From assembly GCF_009914755.1 (NCBI RefSeq), contig NC_060928.1: a stretch of DNA of 64,000 nucleotides; one strand, written 5' to 3'. The notes beneath the pieces were generated by a model, which was given only the letters and a program-made list of their open reading frames with translations, was not told the DNA's origin and searched no databases. Source of the stretch: the human T2T-CHM13v2.0 reference genome, Homo sapiens. The position numbers and the translations under genes were made by a program. Position 1 is the stretch's first letter. Each line of letters starts with the position of its first letter. Below are positions 45,100-59,783 of this stretch, piece by piece.

Positions 45100-47250
45100 G
45101 TTAGCATCTTAACTTTTTGTGAAATACATACATACAGAAAAGTGGCATATCAGGAATGTACATCTTGGTTAAATTTTTACAAGCTAAACATACTTTTGTA
45201 AACCAGGATATAGACTGATAGAACGTTTTTATTACCCCCAAAAGTCCCCATTATGCCTCCTTCATTTGTTGTTGTCATTGAAAAAAATAAAGTTTTATTT
45301 TGAAAAAAATTTAAACTTACAAAGAATTGCAAAAAAAAGTACAAATAACTTCCATATACTGTATCCAGATTTTCCAGTTAATAACATTTTGTCATATTTG
45401 CGTTATAATTTCTCAAAAACATTTTTCTTACTGAGCCATTTGAATATTAATTGTAGGCATCATGCCCCTTTACCCTTAAGTACTTAAGCATGTATTTCCT
45501 CAGAACGAGGACATTCTGTTAGATAATCATACGGCAGAGTTATCAAAGTCAGAAAATCTAATAGTGAATCAGTACTTTCATCTAATTGCAGGCTGTAAAT
45601 TTTGCAAATTATCCCAATATCCTTTATGGCAATGTTTTCTTTCTTCATGGATTTAGGACTTAATCCAGTGTCACGCGTTAAATTTAACTATTTTATCTTT
45701 TTGTTTTTCTTAAATCTGGATCAGCTTCTTAGCTTTTCTTTGTATTTCTTAACATTGAATTTTAGAAGAGTACAATCTAGTTGTTGAGTTAATTGTTCTT
45801 GGTTTTGCCTGATATTTTCTCATGATTAGATTCAGGTTTTGCTTTTTGGGCAGGAATACTATGTAAGTGATGATGTACCCTTCTCAGTGTATTGGCTTGG
45901 AGATACAGGATGTCAGTTTGTCATGTTATTTTATTAGAAATGATAATTCTAATGCCTTAGTTGTGATGGTGTCCTTTGGGTTTCTGCACTGCAAAGTTGC
46001 TATTTTTTCCTTTGTATTTAATAAGTAATTTGTGGAAAGGCTAAATATCCTGTTCCTCTTCAAACTTTTTAGGGATTTTAGTGCCAGTGATAATTTTTTC
46101 TTTAGTCAGTTATTACTGTAATGGCTGCAAAATAGTGATTATGTAACTCTTATTTCTCTTAACATTTATTAGTTGGCATTCTACTTTAAAAATGAGCTTT
46201 CCCACTCCGCCACTTATCACTTAGACTCATAAATTCTTATTTTATGTGTGAGAAAGTGTGTATGTGTGACTTACAAATGTAGCTTATTTGTATACATGGT
46301 GTTTAAACCGTATGTATGATTTATATATACTGTAATTCATTTTGATGTGAACATCAGATTGTTCCTCTTCAAACTTGCTCTGTGACCTTTGATATGTCTC
46401 CATCATGTTTTTTTTTTTAGGGTGTTTTTATAGTTTGGCATTACCAGGATGTTCCAGGCTTATCTTGTAGTTTCCCTGTTTCTTCCTTAGAAGCAGCCAT
46501 TTTCAAAGGCACTCTGATTCCTTTTAGTGGGGAATGGTAATTAAAAAACAAGATCAGGGTGCTAGCTGTGCTCCTTATACTAGGGCATCCTTATTTCCAG
46601 GCCTTTTCAGCACTCAGAGCTAGGAAAGAATTAGCATTTTCAAGATGAAATTTCCATGTGTGTTTTTTAAAATACATTTTAGTCATGAAATCATCATGTT
46701 TCTTTTACTTCCATTTGAACATCACAGGATTCTTATTCCTATTTCTCTTTCCCTATTCCATATTGCATCTCCTTTTTTTTCCACAATGAGAACGTGGCTC
46801 CCAGAATCTTGAAATACACATATAACAGATTCAGAACTTTTACTGTTATAAGAAAACCTATTCAGTAGTTTAGGATTTGTTTACAGTTTTTTCTTTGTCT
46901 CTTTTTAGGCTAAGGGTATATAATTCAGATATTGGGTTCAGAAGTTTCCTACAGAGTTGTTATATTAAGAATTTAAAATATATAATTTGGTTTATTGTGT
47001 CTGTTTGTATGCAGTTTTAGCATTTATTTTTCCTTCCATGTTCACTGATTTATTTTTTGCATATGTAAAACATCTAACAGTTCGAAAGGCAAGAGTATCC
47101 AAAGGTATATAGAAACTTGTCACATCTTTCTCTGTTTCTTTCATTCCTGTCAGAACAGATTTCATTTCGTTTCTGGTTTGTTTTTCCTGTGTTTCTTTTT
47201 ACATAAACAAGCAGATGCATAAACATGTATATATATCCTGTTGCTTTGAA
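45100..47250 (-). mobile_element. Ancient L1 (L1M-type) fragments
   Basis: T-rich diverged antisense L1-like wording; boundaries uncertain. Confidence 0.4.
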
Positions 47251-47861
47251 AGAGCATCTTATTAGTTCTGTAAAGTATTGGCAATATTGCAAATATCTGA
47301 ACTTTTTATGAAGTATGTCAACAGGGATAAAATTAACTTTTTTGGGAACTTTACTTTGAAAGAGTTATTTTGAAAGGGATTTTTTATAAAATAGTATAGG
47401 TTTTTATGAAACACGTCAGAGTGTTGCTGTTAACTGGTTGCACTAACAATACTTATATCCATTGTTGAAGAATATAGGGAAAGAAATACCAAAATTTTTA
47501 GTAAGATTTTGTAAAATTGCAAAAATTAATATTAAGAATTCATAGAGGCACAGAAATGTATTTTTTGATTAATGTATTGTAACCTGATGTAAATCCTTAG
47601 TTCTTTTCTCATTTCTGCATTGACATCATACTATGTTGAAGAATATTTCTAAAAATATTCTAGAGTTAAGAAAGTGTTGATAGCACATCTATATTTAAAT
47701 ACTTAGTACCACAGCAAGTAGTTTATATGACTTGAGAATGATACTGTAGGAACATACTAAAAGACTTTAGAAAAAGCATGTCAAGAAAAAAAAAAAAACA
47801 GAACAAGGGGGGTCAGAGACAACAATATGTAAGAAAAAACATAGAAAATTTATCTCACCAG

Positions 47862-47969
47862 AAACAGCACTTCTTCTCAGTCTCAGACAAGTACTGCCTC
47901 CAGAAAAGCCAATTCAAGCGTTGGGAAGTGGCAGGATCGATATGGGAGGGCCGAATCACCTGATCTAAG
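47862..47969 (+). CDS. FIP1L1: FIP1L1 exon 11 ([36 protein letters not shown])
   Basis: CACCAG| acceptor, |GTAAGG donor, 108 nt phase 2-2. Confidence 0.95.
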
Positions 47970-49929
47970 GTAAGGCTATTTTTAAACATTGGATACTCCC
48001 TGATGTTTAGATCATCAATGTTGTTATGCCTTATTAGTAAGATAATAAATTTTGACTGTACCATATTTTTACCCTCCAACTTATGCTTTTTCAGGGTACA
48101 GTTGTAGGTTTTTTAGTTACCTTATAAATCAAAACCCAGCACTTGTCTTGCTACCCATCTTTCTGGCTGTTTATAATATTTAATGAATTATATTGAACCG
48201 TGCTAATGGATGCTCAGTAATTTTTTTTTTCGTTCTCTTGCTGCAGGTTAATTCTTTCTCATACCACATCGCATTTAAAAAAAATTCCCAGGTGCTTTTC
48301 ACTACTTATCGAATAAAACCTAACATTCTGAGCCAGTATTTAGGACCCGTAAAATTTGACTCTACTGAATCTTTCCAATCTTATACCCACTACAGTGCAA
48401 AAACCCCTGATTTCATTAAGCAGACGTAGTAGCTGCCCTGGAATATGCTATTTCCCTTATTGTTGTTATGCTTTTGTTAATGATCTACCCTCCAGTGAAT
48501 TTTGGTTTGTGTTCTGAATCTTAAATTTACACAGCATACAACCTCGAATGGATATTATAATTTCTCTGAGCCTGAAAATTGAAATAATAACTTCATCTTT
48601 AAGGGATGCAATGAGAAACAACTATGTTCCAATATGAAACTACATTACTTGCAGTGATCAATCTGAGAGATTGTGCTTTGATAACCTGACTTCAAAATAC
48701 AGACCAAGATACTTTCCTAATTTATCATTTGAGGTTTTAAATAATTATGATATACAAGGGGTAATTTTGTTTTTTGTTTTTTTTTTTGCTTTTGTTAGAG
48801 AATTTTAAGCTATTTACCTGGTTAGCTCAATGCTATATAAATATGTTTGCAATTATTTTAATTTAAAAACTTAAAAAATACAAATGTAAATTATGATCAG
48901 ATACCTTTGATCATAACACCTAAAAGAAAAGGGAGGAAACACTATCAAAATTTGATTTTCTTATGTTTCATTTTCTATACAGTCTTAATTATATGTTCCA
49001 CATGAGTTGTAAGTATTTCCTGTTAGGAAAGAAGTTAGTCATTCTTAAAAGTGGATATACATCTCAAAGTAAGAATGTCTAAACTGTAAGTCTAGCAACT
49101 AATGTAGATAAAAATATATTAGCTGCATTCTTAGAGTAGTGTCAGTTGCATGTGTTGCTTTAGAAGGTTAAGGAAAGTTTTCATCTTATTATTTTGAAAG
49201 TACTCATTGATTTTTTAAATCTATGTATTATATAATATTGATTTATCTTTGTTTTCGAACACTAAAATTCTATTTGAAAAACCAGTAGAAATTTCAAGAG
49301 TTATTTTAAATAAAGAAAAGTTAGATCTGACAAGTGTAGAATGAAGTGTATGAGTCTTTTCACATACAACATTTCCATGGAACCTAAAAGTTCATAATTG
49401 TACTAATACAACTTCTATGTAACAACTAACTCAATTATTGCATAGAGAAACACTTGGGTTTATATTTAACCTGGCAGTATGGACAGCCTATTTACTGAAC
49501 CTAAAAGGGCCAGACAACAAGAACTTATAAATTTATCATGCTATTGGTAAAGAAACTTAAACTTACAATTGTTTTGTTGCATAAGTATTGGACTTGGATT
49601 TTAGGTTTAGTTTTGTCAGTAACTACCTGTGTGAATTAAGGAAAGTTTCCTAACATGCCTATGCCTCCATTACCACAATCGTAACATAGTGGAGCTAGAC
49701 TGTGTAATTCGGAAAGCCTCTTCAAACCTGAAACTCTTTATTTTCTGACTAGTCCCTGGTTTACAATGGAAACTAGTCCTTAGAGATTTGAGAAATCAGA
49801 GAATTTGCCCAAATTCACAGCTAGTTAAGAGGCAAAATCAGGACTAGAATACCTGCTTTTCTGGCTTGTAGTACCAATAGTTCAGGCAAGTCAACTTTCA
49901 TAGACAAAGGCATAGAAATACTTAAAATA

Positions 49930-50218
49930 GGCCAGGTGTGGTGGCTCACACATGTAATCCCAGCACTTTGGGAGACCGAGGCAGGTGGATACTTGAGGTC
50001 AGGAGTTCAAGACCAGCCTGTCCAACATGGTGAAACCCTGTCTCTACTAAAAATACAAAAATTAGCCAGGCATTGTCACAGTCACCTGTAATCCCAGATA
50101 CTCAGGAGGTTGAGGTGGGAGAATCACTTGAACCCGGGAGGTGGAGGTTGCATGACCCAAGATCATGCCACTGCACGCCATCCTGGGTGACAGAGTGAGA
50201 CCCTGTCTCAAAAAAAAA
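49930..50218 (+). mobile_element. Alu (AluS-type)
   Basis: TSD GAAATACTTAAAATA at 49915-49929 and 50220-50234. Confidence 0.95.
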
Positions 50219-50590
50219 GGAAATACTTAAAATATGTTATTTTCAATGTAATTTTAAACTTTGTTTCTTTGGCTTTGTTTTAACATCTGGAATTCCTTTT
50301 ATATCAGCTATTTGACTTAGAAGTTTTTATTTAAAATTGTTTTACTTTAGATATAGTACTTTACTTTTGGACACCAGATGGCTAATTTATAGCGAAAATG
50401 TTGTTTCCCATACCTGAAAGAGACACATCTCAGTGCTTTATGTATAGCAACTCCATCTATACCTACTTCTCTCTAAAAAAGATGCTCTGGAAACAAAAAA
50501 ACACCCTTCACTTTAACTTTGTAATTAGTCTCAAGAATATATGTGGAAGGAAATTTGAAGCTGTATTTTCATTACGTGTTTTGTGCTTTA

Positions 50591-51049
<459 letters not shown>

Positions 51050-51231
51050 GCTACTTTTTCTCTTTTAAAACACACACTGTCTCACTCTCACTCTCTGTTA
51101 GTGTAAGAAAAACTAGATTCCTGCTCTTGTAGTTAATGTAACTGACAAATGTGGAGTTTGAGGCATTGCTTAAATGTTTGTAAAGAGCAAGTAAATAATG
51201 ATTAAGATGTTTTTCGTAAGTTATTATATTT

Positions 51232-51535
51232 GGGCTGGGCGCTGTGGCACATTGCCTGTAATCCTGGCACTTTGGGAAGCTGAGGTGGGTGGATCACTTG
51301 AGCTCAGGAGTTTGAGACCAGCATAGGCAACATAGCAAAACCCCAACTCTACCAAAAATACAAAAATTAATTGGGCATGGTTGTGTGCACCTGTGGCCCC
51401 AGCTACCTGGGAGGCTGAGGTGGGTGGATCACTGGACAGGTGAGGCTGCAGTGAGCTGTGATCGTGCCACTGCATTCCAGCCTGGGTAATGGAGCCCAAC
51501 CTGGTCTCTAAATAAATAAATAAATACATAAATAA
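51232..51535 (+). mobile_element. Alu (AluJ-like) with (AAAT)n tail
   Basis: Diverged dimer with internal deletion in right arm. Confidence 0.9.
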
Positions 51536-51611
51536 CAGTTATTATATTTGAAGTTGTGGCCTTATCATATGCTAGTTACTATTAATTTGTATAATACAGT
51601 GTTTTCCCGAT

Positions 51612-51682
51612 TTTAACAGTATTCTTCAAGCCAAATCTGTAAGTGTTTTTCAAACTTTAACAGTATTCTTCAAGCTAAATCT
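51612..51682. repeat. Short direct duplication, 44-bp period
   Basis: TTTAACAGTATTCTTCAAGCYAAATCT at 51612 and 51656. Confidence 0.85.
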
Positions 51683-52656
51683 ATATGTATAACAGTGGCA
51701 TTTTATTGGTGTAAGTTTGCTTTATAAAATCAAATTTTTAACTCTTGTGAAACTAATTAGAAGAGTGAAGCAGTTTCAGTGAGTGCAGGAAATTGAAACT
51801 GGTAATATGGATGATTGCTGTAAACATATCCTAATGCACAGTTTATTTTTTTATTTTGTTTCCATTTTATGTTACCAAGTTCTGTTCCTCTTAATTTTCA
51901 AGTGATAGTTTATTTTTCTTAAGCTTATGTTCCTATATTACAATGCTTTTTAACTGATTCATACTCTTGAATGAATAGTAAAAATTGCTTTTCAATGTTA
52001 AATCACGAATACATTTAAACATGCATGTATTTCTTCTATTAAACACAATACTTATAATAAAACTGGACGTTAAATGAATATTATATCTAAGAATGACCTC
52101 TTCCTCTGACTATCTCCTTTTATGTCTTGATGAGACACTGTACTGAAAAGATGTGCCCATACCTTGGGGCATTTGATCAAGTGCTCTGAATGCATGTTGC
52201 TATAGTGTGTAGTTTGTAAGATTTTATGTTATTGGACATATGAAGGCCTTTGGGGTTTTTTGTTTGTTTTTTTAAGATTCTTGTAGAGCTGTGTCTTTTC
52301 CTATCATTGATACATTTAAAAGCATGAAATTAAGCATAAATATGGAAGGTAGAGCTTTATTCCAAGCTCTGTACAAAAGTGAGTAAACTTGTTTGCACTT
52401 TTGAACACACTTATGTCCTCCAGTGAGTGAAATTTGGGCTTATTTCACCTTTAAACATTCAAGGTTTTTTTGTTTTGTTTTAAATAGAGCTTAAAAATTG
52501 ACATTTAAAAAATTCAGACCCCAGAAAATTAGTATGATAAACACTGTTGAAGAAGAAGGGAAGGGGTTTGAAGTTGGTTATGCTAAGCCTGAATCCTAGT
52601 GCTGCCACTTTACAATGCAAAAGAGCCTCTTTCCACATCTGTGAAAATGAAACTAA

Positions 52657-52970
<314 letters not shown>

Positions 52971-53057
52971 CCATATACCTTAAATGTGATGTACTTGTAA
53001 GGATTAAATAAATTCTAAGCTGTGAAAGCACCTATTTCAGGGCTTGAAAGATAAATC

Positions 53058-53811
<754 letters not shown>

Positions 53812-54186
53812 CTAGGTTCTTTTTCTGGGCGGGATTTTTCATTAATAAATTGTTACTCGAACATTAGAATATATTTTCTTTATAAATTGTGTATATACTG
53901 TAGAGAAAATTATTCTTGTGCTTGTGGAAGTAAAACGTACACACAGGTATAGAAACAGTACCATTTCAGACCAGTCATGTTGCCCGGGCTGATCTCGAAT
54001 TCCTGGGCTCAAGTACCACAAAACTAAAAGATCTGTAGAAAAATATGTAATCAATGATATTCTTATGTTGATGGATATGACTTTAAATTTTTCTTGAAAT
54101 AAATATTAATTTTTTATGAGCTACTTTAAGTTCTTTCTGGAGGGAACAAAATGTCTAGCAGTCTCTTGAACATGCCCTTAGATTTG

Positions 54187-54331
54187 TAGTCTTCAACTTT
54201 GACCATATTGGAATTACCTAGGAAGCTTCAAAAAAGTATTGATGCTGGGTCCCAGAAATGTAATTTTAAATAGTCTGGTGTACACCCTGTGCATCAGGAT
54301 TTTGATATGCAGGCAAGGTTGAGAACCACTG
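54187..54331. mobile_element. MER5A-like hAT-Charlie MITE
   Basis: GAATTACCTAGGAAGCTT...ATGCTGGG...GGTTGAGAACCACTG terminus. Confidence 0.55.
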
Positions 54332-55924
54332 ATTTAGAGCCTTGATTCTGGGTTGGCATAAAGATTAAAATCAAATGATAGCTAGGCACCTACGGTTTTG
54401 AAGTAAAATGATAGATGTAGTTACAATGGGAGCTGATATTTGTATAGCATTTTACAGCCTCACAGTCTTTTTCTTTATGTGCTTCTCATTTAATTTACAT
54501 TTTCTGCCTCTTTGAATGTCTTTTGGTTGGTAACCACTATCAAAGGTGCATGATACTTCTGTTGCAAGCAAATGGATAGGTAATATATTTGCCACGTAGA
54601 AATTGTGCACATATCTACCCCTCTCCATCTTTTCTCTATGCTCATAGTTGTCCCTCCATCTGAAATGTTCTATCTTCCCATCCTACATGTCTTTTAAGGC
54701 TCATCTCTTTCCTAACGTAGCTTAAAAGATGCTACACAATTTCCATGCAGAACTGTTTACAGCCATCTATTTACATATGTGACCTGAATTAAATGTCATA
54801 ACAAGTGCATCTCTTTTCAAGTTGGGAATATGAGATAGCCACATTCTAGGCTTTTTCTTAGCAAATGGACCTTTGAACTGTTTGCTGCCCAGTTCTTATT
54901 AGAAGCCCTTCTGTGAGAAAACATTCATAGATGTCTACATTGATATGTGATTCACCCATTCTTTTAGAATATGGTTATAAACTTTCAAGCAATAATTCAA
55001 GCAATATTTCAAGCAAAATAATTTGAAAATTTGCTATAAACTCTGGACTTTTGCCTGGAAATTGCATCTATACATATCTATTTATTTAGAAATCAGGGAC
55101 GTCCTGATTCTTCTTTAGAGAACCATGTTGCTAGTTAAGAACCTGAACTGTTCTCAAAAGCACAGTTACATTATTAGATCAAGCCTAACCATTAAGAGGG
55201 CTAGATACACAGACCACGTTGTTTTGCTTCCCCTGATTAAATTGCTCTTATTGAATTGGGCATTGTTGTGCTTCACTCAGCATTAAAGGGCATTTTGAGA
55301 AATAGCTCTTTAAAATTCAATTTTTTTTGGTAGGAATTTTGGAGACTTTATTTCCATATTTTTGAAAACATGAGATTGCAATCCATTAGTGGGTTGTGAA
55401 ACAATTTGGTGGTCCCAACCAGTATTTCTTGGTTTTGTATTGTTTCTTTTGCTTTTTTCCTATGCTATATTTAAATATTAATAAAATTACATTTTATCTT
55501 AGTGTCACCATTTTTCCTTTTTTAAGTATTGTTTCATGAATCTTTTTTAGTTTTTAATGTATTGTGGGTACTGGATTGCTGTGTAAAGTGTACTTCTTAC
55601 TGTGTTTTGTAGTCAATAAAGTTTAAAAACTATTGTACTCATATTTTCTCTTAGACTCAGAGGAGAATCTTTTTCTGTTTATTCTCATTTGTAAAATGAC
55701 AATAATGAGAGTTGCTACCTTATGGGTTTATCATGAAGACTAAATATATATAAAGTATTTAGAACAGTGCTTACCTTGCGCATAGTAGGTGCTCCATAAA
55801 TACTAGCTGTCATTACCAGGAAAACAATCTTAGAGCAAATGCTTTGTTTTAATCTTAATGCACATTAAAGACATTTGTTGTTAATGATGTCCTTTGCTTT
55901 GGCTTCCAAGAAAAAGCAGCTGAG

Positions 55925-56230
55925 ATATATATATATGTATATATATATATTTTTTTTTTGAGACAGGCTCTTGTTTTGTTGCCCAGTCTGGAGTGCAGTG
56001 GCACAATCACAGTTTACTGCATCCTTCATCTCCTGGACTCAAGCAATCCTCTCACCTAAGCCCTCTGAATAGCTGGGACCACAAGCATGTGCTACTATGC
56101 CTAGCTGATATTTTAAATTATTTGTAGACACAAAGTCTCGCCATGTTGCCCAGGCTGGTCTTGAATTCCTGGGCTTAAGTAATCCTCCCGCCTCAGGCTC
56201 CCAAAGTGTTGGCATTACATGCGTGAGCCT
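55925..56230 (-). mobile_element. Alu (AluJ-like) with (AT)n-derived tail
   Basis: (AT)n then T-run then diverged antisense Alu. Confidence 0.88.
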
Positions 56231-59098
56231 GACCTTCAGAGATCAATTTATGGCCTTTTGTCTATCTTCTATTAGCCCTGATTTGTCATCTTAAACTTTC
56301 TGTTGCATCTCTGCAGGGAGCCCTCAGATTCTTTCTGGGATATCAGAATCATCAAAATATGATAATTTAATTCCATTGTAACTTCAGAGATATTTTTATA
56401 TTCATTTACTGTGCCAGGAGGGGAGGTAGAGGCTCTTGGGAACATTTACTGCCTGTTTAAACTGTACATTAACTCAGACACCCAGAGTGGTTAGTTTCTT
56501 AGCTTTTTACTAGATGGTTGAGTCCAATATGGAGAAGAGGATTTTGATAATAGCATTAGCTGTCTACCTTACTGAACAAGTTTGTTGGCCTAATCAAACC
56601 TACGCTTTGGGGAACTCTTAAGTTACAGTAGATTTCCTCATAGGGAAACTCTATTAAATCTTCTTAAGCAATGAAAGAAAAAGCTGTCCATTAAGAACTT
56701 TCGTGGAATAATATGGTTCAATATTTTTTTCCATAATGTGGCATCAGAATAATATTAGATTTTTAAATTATTTGTCAGTGTTAGATATTATGTGCTTTTT
56801 GTTGCTGTGGTACATACTGTGTGTCTTATCATAAAACATTTTGGAACAAAACGGTAAGCTTAATTTATATGATTAAAGTAAATCAGTTTATGTGGTTAAA
56901 AAATACGGGCACAAGGAGATGTTTTGAAAATGTGGAGAATTGTAATTTTCTGAACTCCCTTTAGGGATATATACTTGTTAAGGCTGATTTCTCAGTTATA
57001 TGTTTTTAGAAACATAGTATTTGCCATTTTGAATCTTTAGTGATTAAAAACAATCAATTTAAAGTTGAAAAAAACTAATTAGACTTCTGACCATATTTAA
57101 GGTACATTTTAAGAGGTGAATACTTCCATGTGTCCCAGACTTTTTGAAAACTAGAGATCCTCAGAAATAAATGGTAAAAGACAGGCTATAGAAAATTTTC
57201 CCCTCAACAGGAAAGTTATATCTAGATCTAATTTTTACCACTTTTAACAATTTGGAGAATTTGCTATCTGACTTGCAAGTCCAAACAAATTTGGTAGAAT
57301 TTGTTCTTGATGGGAATAAATTTAAAAATGCAAAGGAGAGAGTCCAGTGATTGGCAAGAGAAAATAGTAGAAAAGGAAATAGAGCGAAAATAAAAATTTT
57401 GACAATGGAGGGCAGCAATTAACAGAGAGGAAATTACAGCCTCAGAATGCACACCTGTATTTAGTAGGATGTTGGAATATGAAATGTTTGTATATCAGAG
57501 GGCTGATGGCATGTGCTTTGATAATGCAGTCATGGTAGGCATAGCTTTGCAATTTAAATTATAGGGAAGAAATGGAAGCAATATTTGTTTTATTGTAGAG
57601 ATATTTGGATTTTTGTAACATGTGAATATTAAGATCTTTCCCCAGCTGTATTGGAGGATATGTTAATCCTCCAATGAAATCATTCATGATCTTTGGGATC
57701 ATGAGGAAATCTAGGAAGTCAGTGACTCAGGCATAAAATTAGAAAGGCTTGAACATTTTTAAATTGTACTAAAGTTATAGAGAAGGGAAGTCTTAAGTGG
57801 GCAAGGGATGGTAAGTGGGAACTGACTATGTACTTGAAAACATTTCAGATGTCATGATGTGCTTTTTATAGGGCTGTCTTTGTTAGCACAAAATAATTTG
57901 TGGAGTGTTTCAAGGTCTACTTGAGATAAACTCTTACTAACTCATGATTTCCAGAAAAGCCTTAAATTCCTCAAAGGTCTTGCTGGAAGGAAACCTAGCT
58001 CAAGGGGAGGGGAGGTCTATAGTCTTTGGGATTAGAAAGACTCAGGTTTGAAAGTTAGTTTTGCTATTTAATTCATGCTTGTGTCAGTGATTTCACTTTG
58101 GACCATGGCTTGTCTCTAACAAGTATACAGTAATTTTTCAGTTTTTGTGAAGTTTAGATATAATGGGTTTGGCATCCAACCTATGGTAGCTGCTGTTATT
58201 TGTCATTTTAGGAGCCTAATCTAGTGACTGTGGAAGGATCTATGGTATTTTAATTGTTTTGCTTCTATAAAGTTTTAAAGGCAGTATTGTTCAGAACTGA
58301 AATATAGATGAAGAGAAATTCATCTAATTTGCATCCACTTTTCATTGCCTATTTCTCCAAGTGACTTCTATATCATCTTAGGCATGCATACTTTTGTAAA
58401 GTCCTTTATCTGCATAATAGCTTTTAACATTATTTTATTTAAAATACAACTTACTAGGTTTTTCTCTTAAATTTATAGCATTGTTTTATGATAGACTATT
58501 TTTCCATATCCTTATAAACTTTAAAAAGATTGTAGAGGTGAGGCGGGTATTTAAATATTTGAATTTTTCTATCTAAATGCAAGTTATCAGAAATGGCAAA
58601 CTGGTTCCTTTTTTATGTTTTTTAACACTTGGAATATATCACAAGGAAAATATCTTGTGTATGTTAAAATGAGCATTATTTTCAGGCCTTTTTGGGGAAT
58701 ATTTAAAGTTTCTGTAATAGAGCTGTAGTATGTGTTACAATTGTAGTGGTCCCAAAATTTCCATTTGTCTAGCATTTGCTGTCTTATTTAATTTCACAAA
58801 GATAAATTTATTTGGAGACTACTAAAACTAGTAAGTGTAGAAGAGCTCTACAGAGACTTAAAACTTAACATTATGATCATTGTTGGGTATGTTGGTTCTA
58901 GCTTGTTTATTAATAAAAATTTTTATGACAATGCAAAGTAGTGAGCTTAAACTCAGGGATATTTTTCAATGTGTATTGTGATCTGGTTTTATTTTAAAAT
59001 TTATTGCAAACACATTTTGTTTTTATTTCTCACTGCTTTTATTATTTTTTAAGCATCTAATTAGGTGAAACTGAATTGATTCAATTTTTATGTTACAG

Positions 59099-59192
59099 GA
59101 GATTACCTGGGGCAATTGATGTTATCGGTCAGACTATAACTATCAGCCGAGTAGAAGGCAGGCGACGGGCAAATGAGAACAGCAACATACAG
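59099..59192 (+). CDS. FIP1L1: FIP1L1 exon 12 ([32 protein letters not shown])
   Basis: TTACAG| acceptor, |GTTTAG donor, 94 nt. Confidence 0.96.
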
Positions 59193-59421
59193 GTTTAGTA
59201 TTTTAAAATAAATAATTTTCTTTAACTGAAGGATGATATCAACATTATAATTTAATTTATTCAATAGATAGTCATAGTGCTATGCTGTGTTTTAGGTGAT
59301 ACAAAGAGATTTAAAATGTGAAGCCAGTCATTTATTATAAAGGCATTTCCAGTTAGAATTTATAATCTCTGAATCTTTTTTTAATAGGGTTTTCTTTCTT
59401 TTCCTTGGTAGAAACATAGTA

Positions 59422-59783
59422 CAGGTTGAGTATCTCTTATCTGAAATGCTTGGGACCAGAAGTGTATCAGATTTTGAAATGTTTGGATTTTGAAATGTTC
59501 ATACGTATGTAATCTTAGAGATGAGACCCAAGTCTAAACATGAAATTTATGTTTCATAAATAAGTTATTTAATTTGTTATAATGATTTGTTAATTTATGA
59601 TAATCTTTTTTCCTTTGGCAACCCTGAGTAAACTGTGTAGTGGGCCTGAGTTTTGATTGTGATCCGTCACATGTGAGGTTGGGTGTGGAATTTTCCACTT
59701 GTGATAAAATGTTGATGCTCAAAATGTTTCGGATTTTAGAGCATTTCAGATTTCAGATTTTTGGATTAGGAATACTCAACTTG
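59422..59783. mobile_element. Tigger4/MER46-like MITE
   Basis: TA|CAGGTTGAGTATC ... AATACTCAACTTG|TA inverted termini with TA TSD. Confidence 0.8.
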
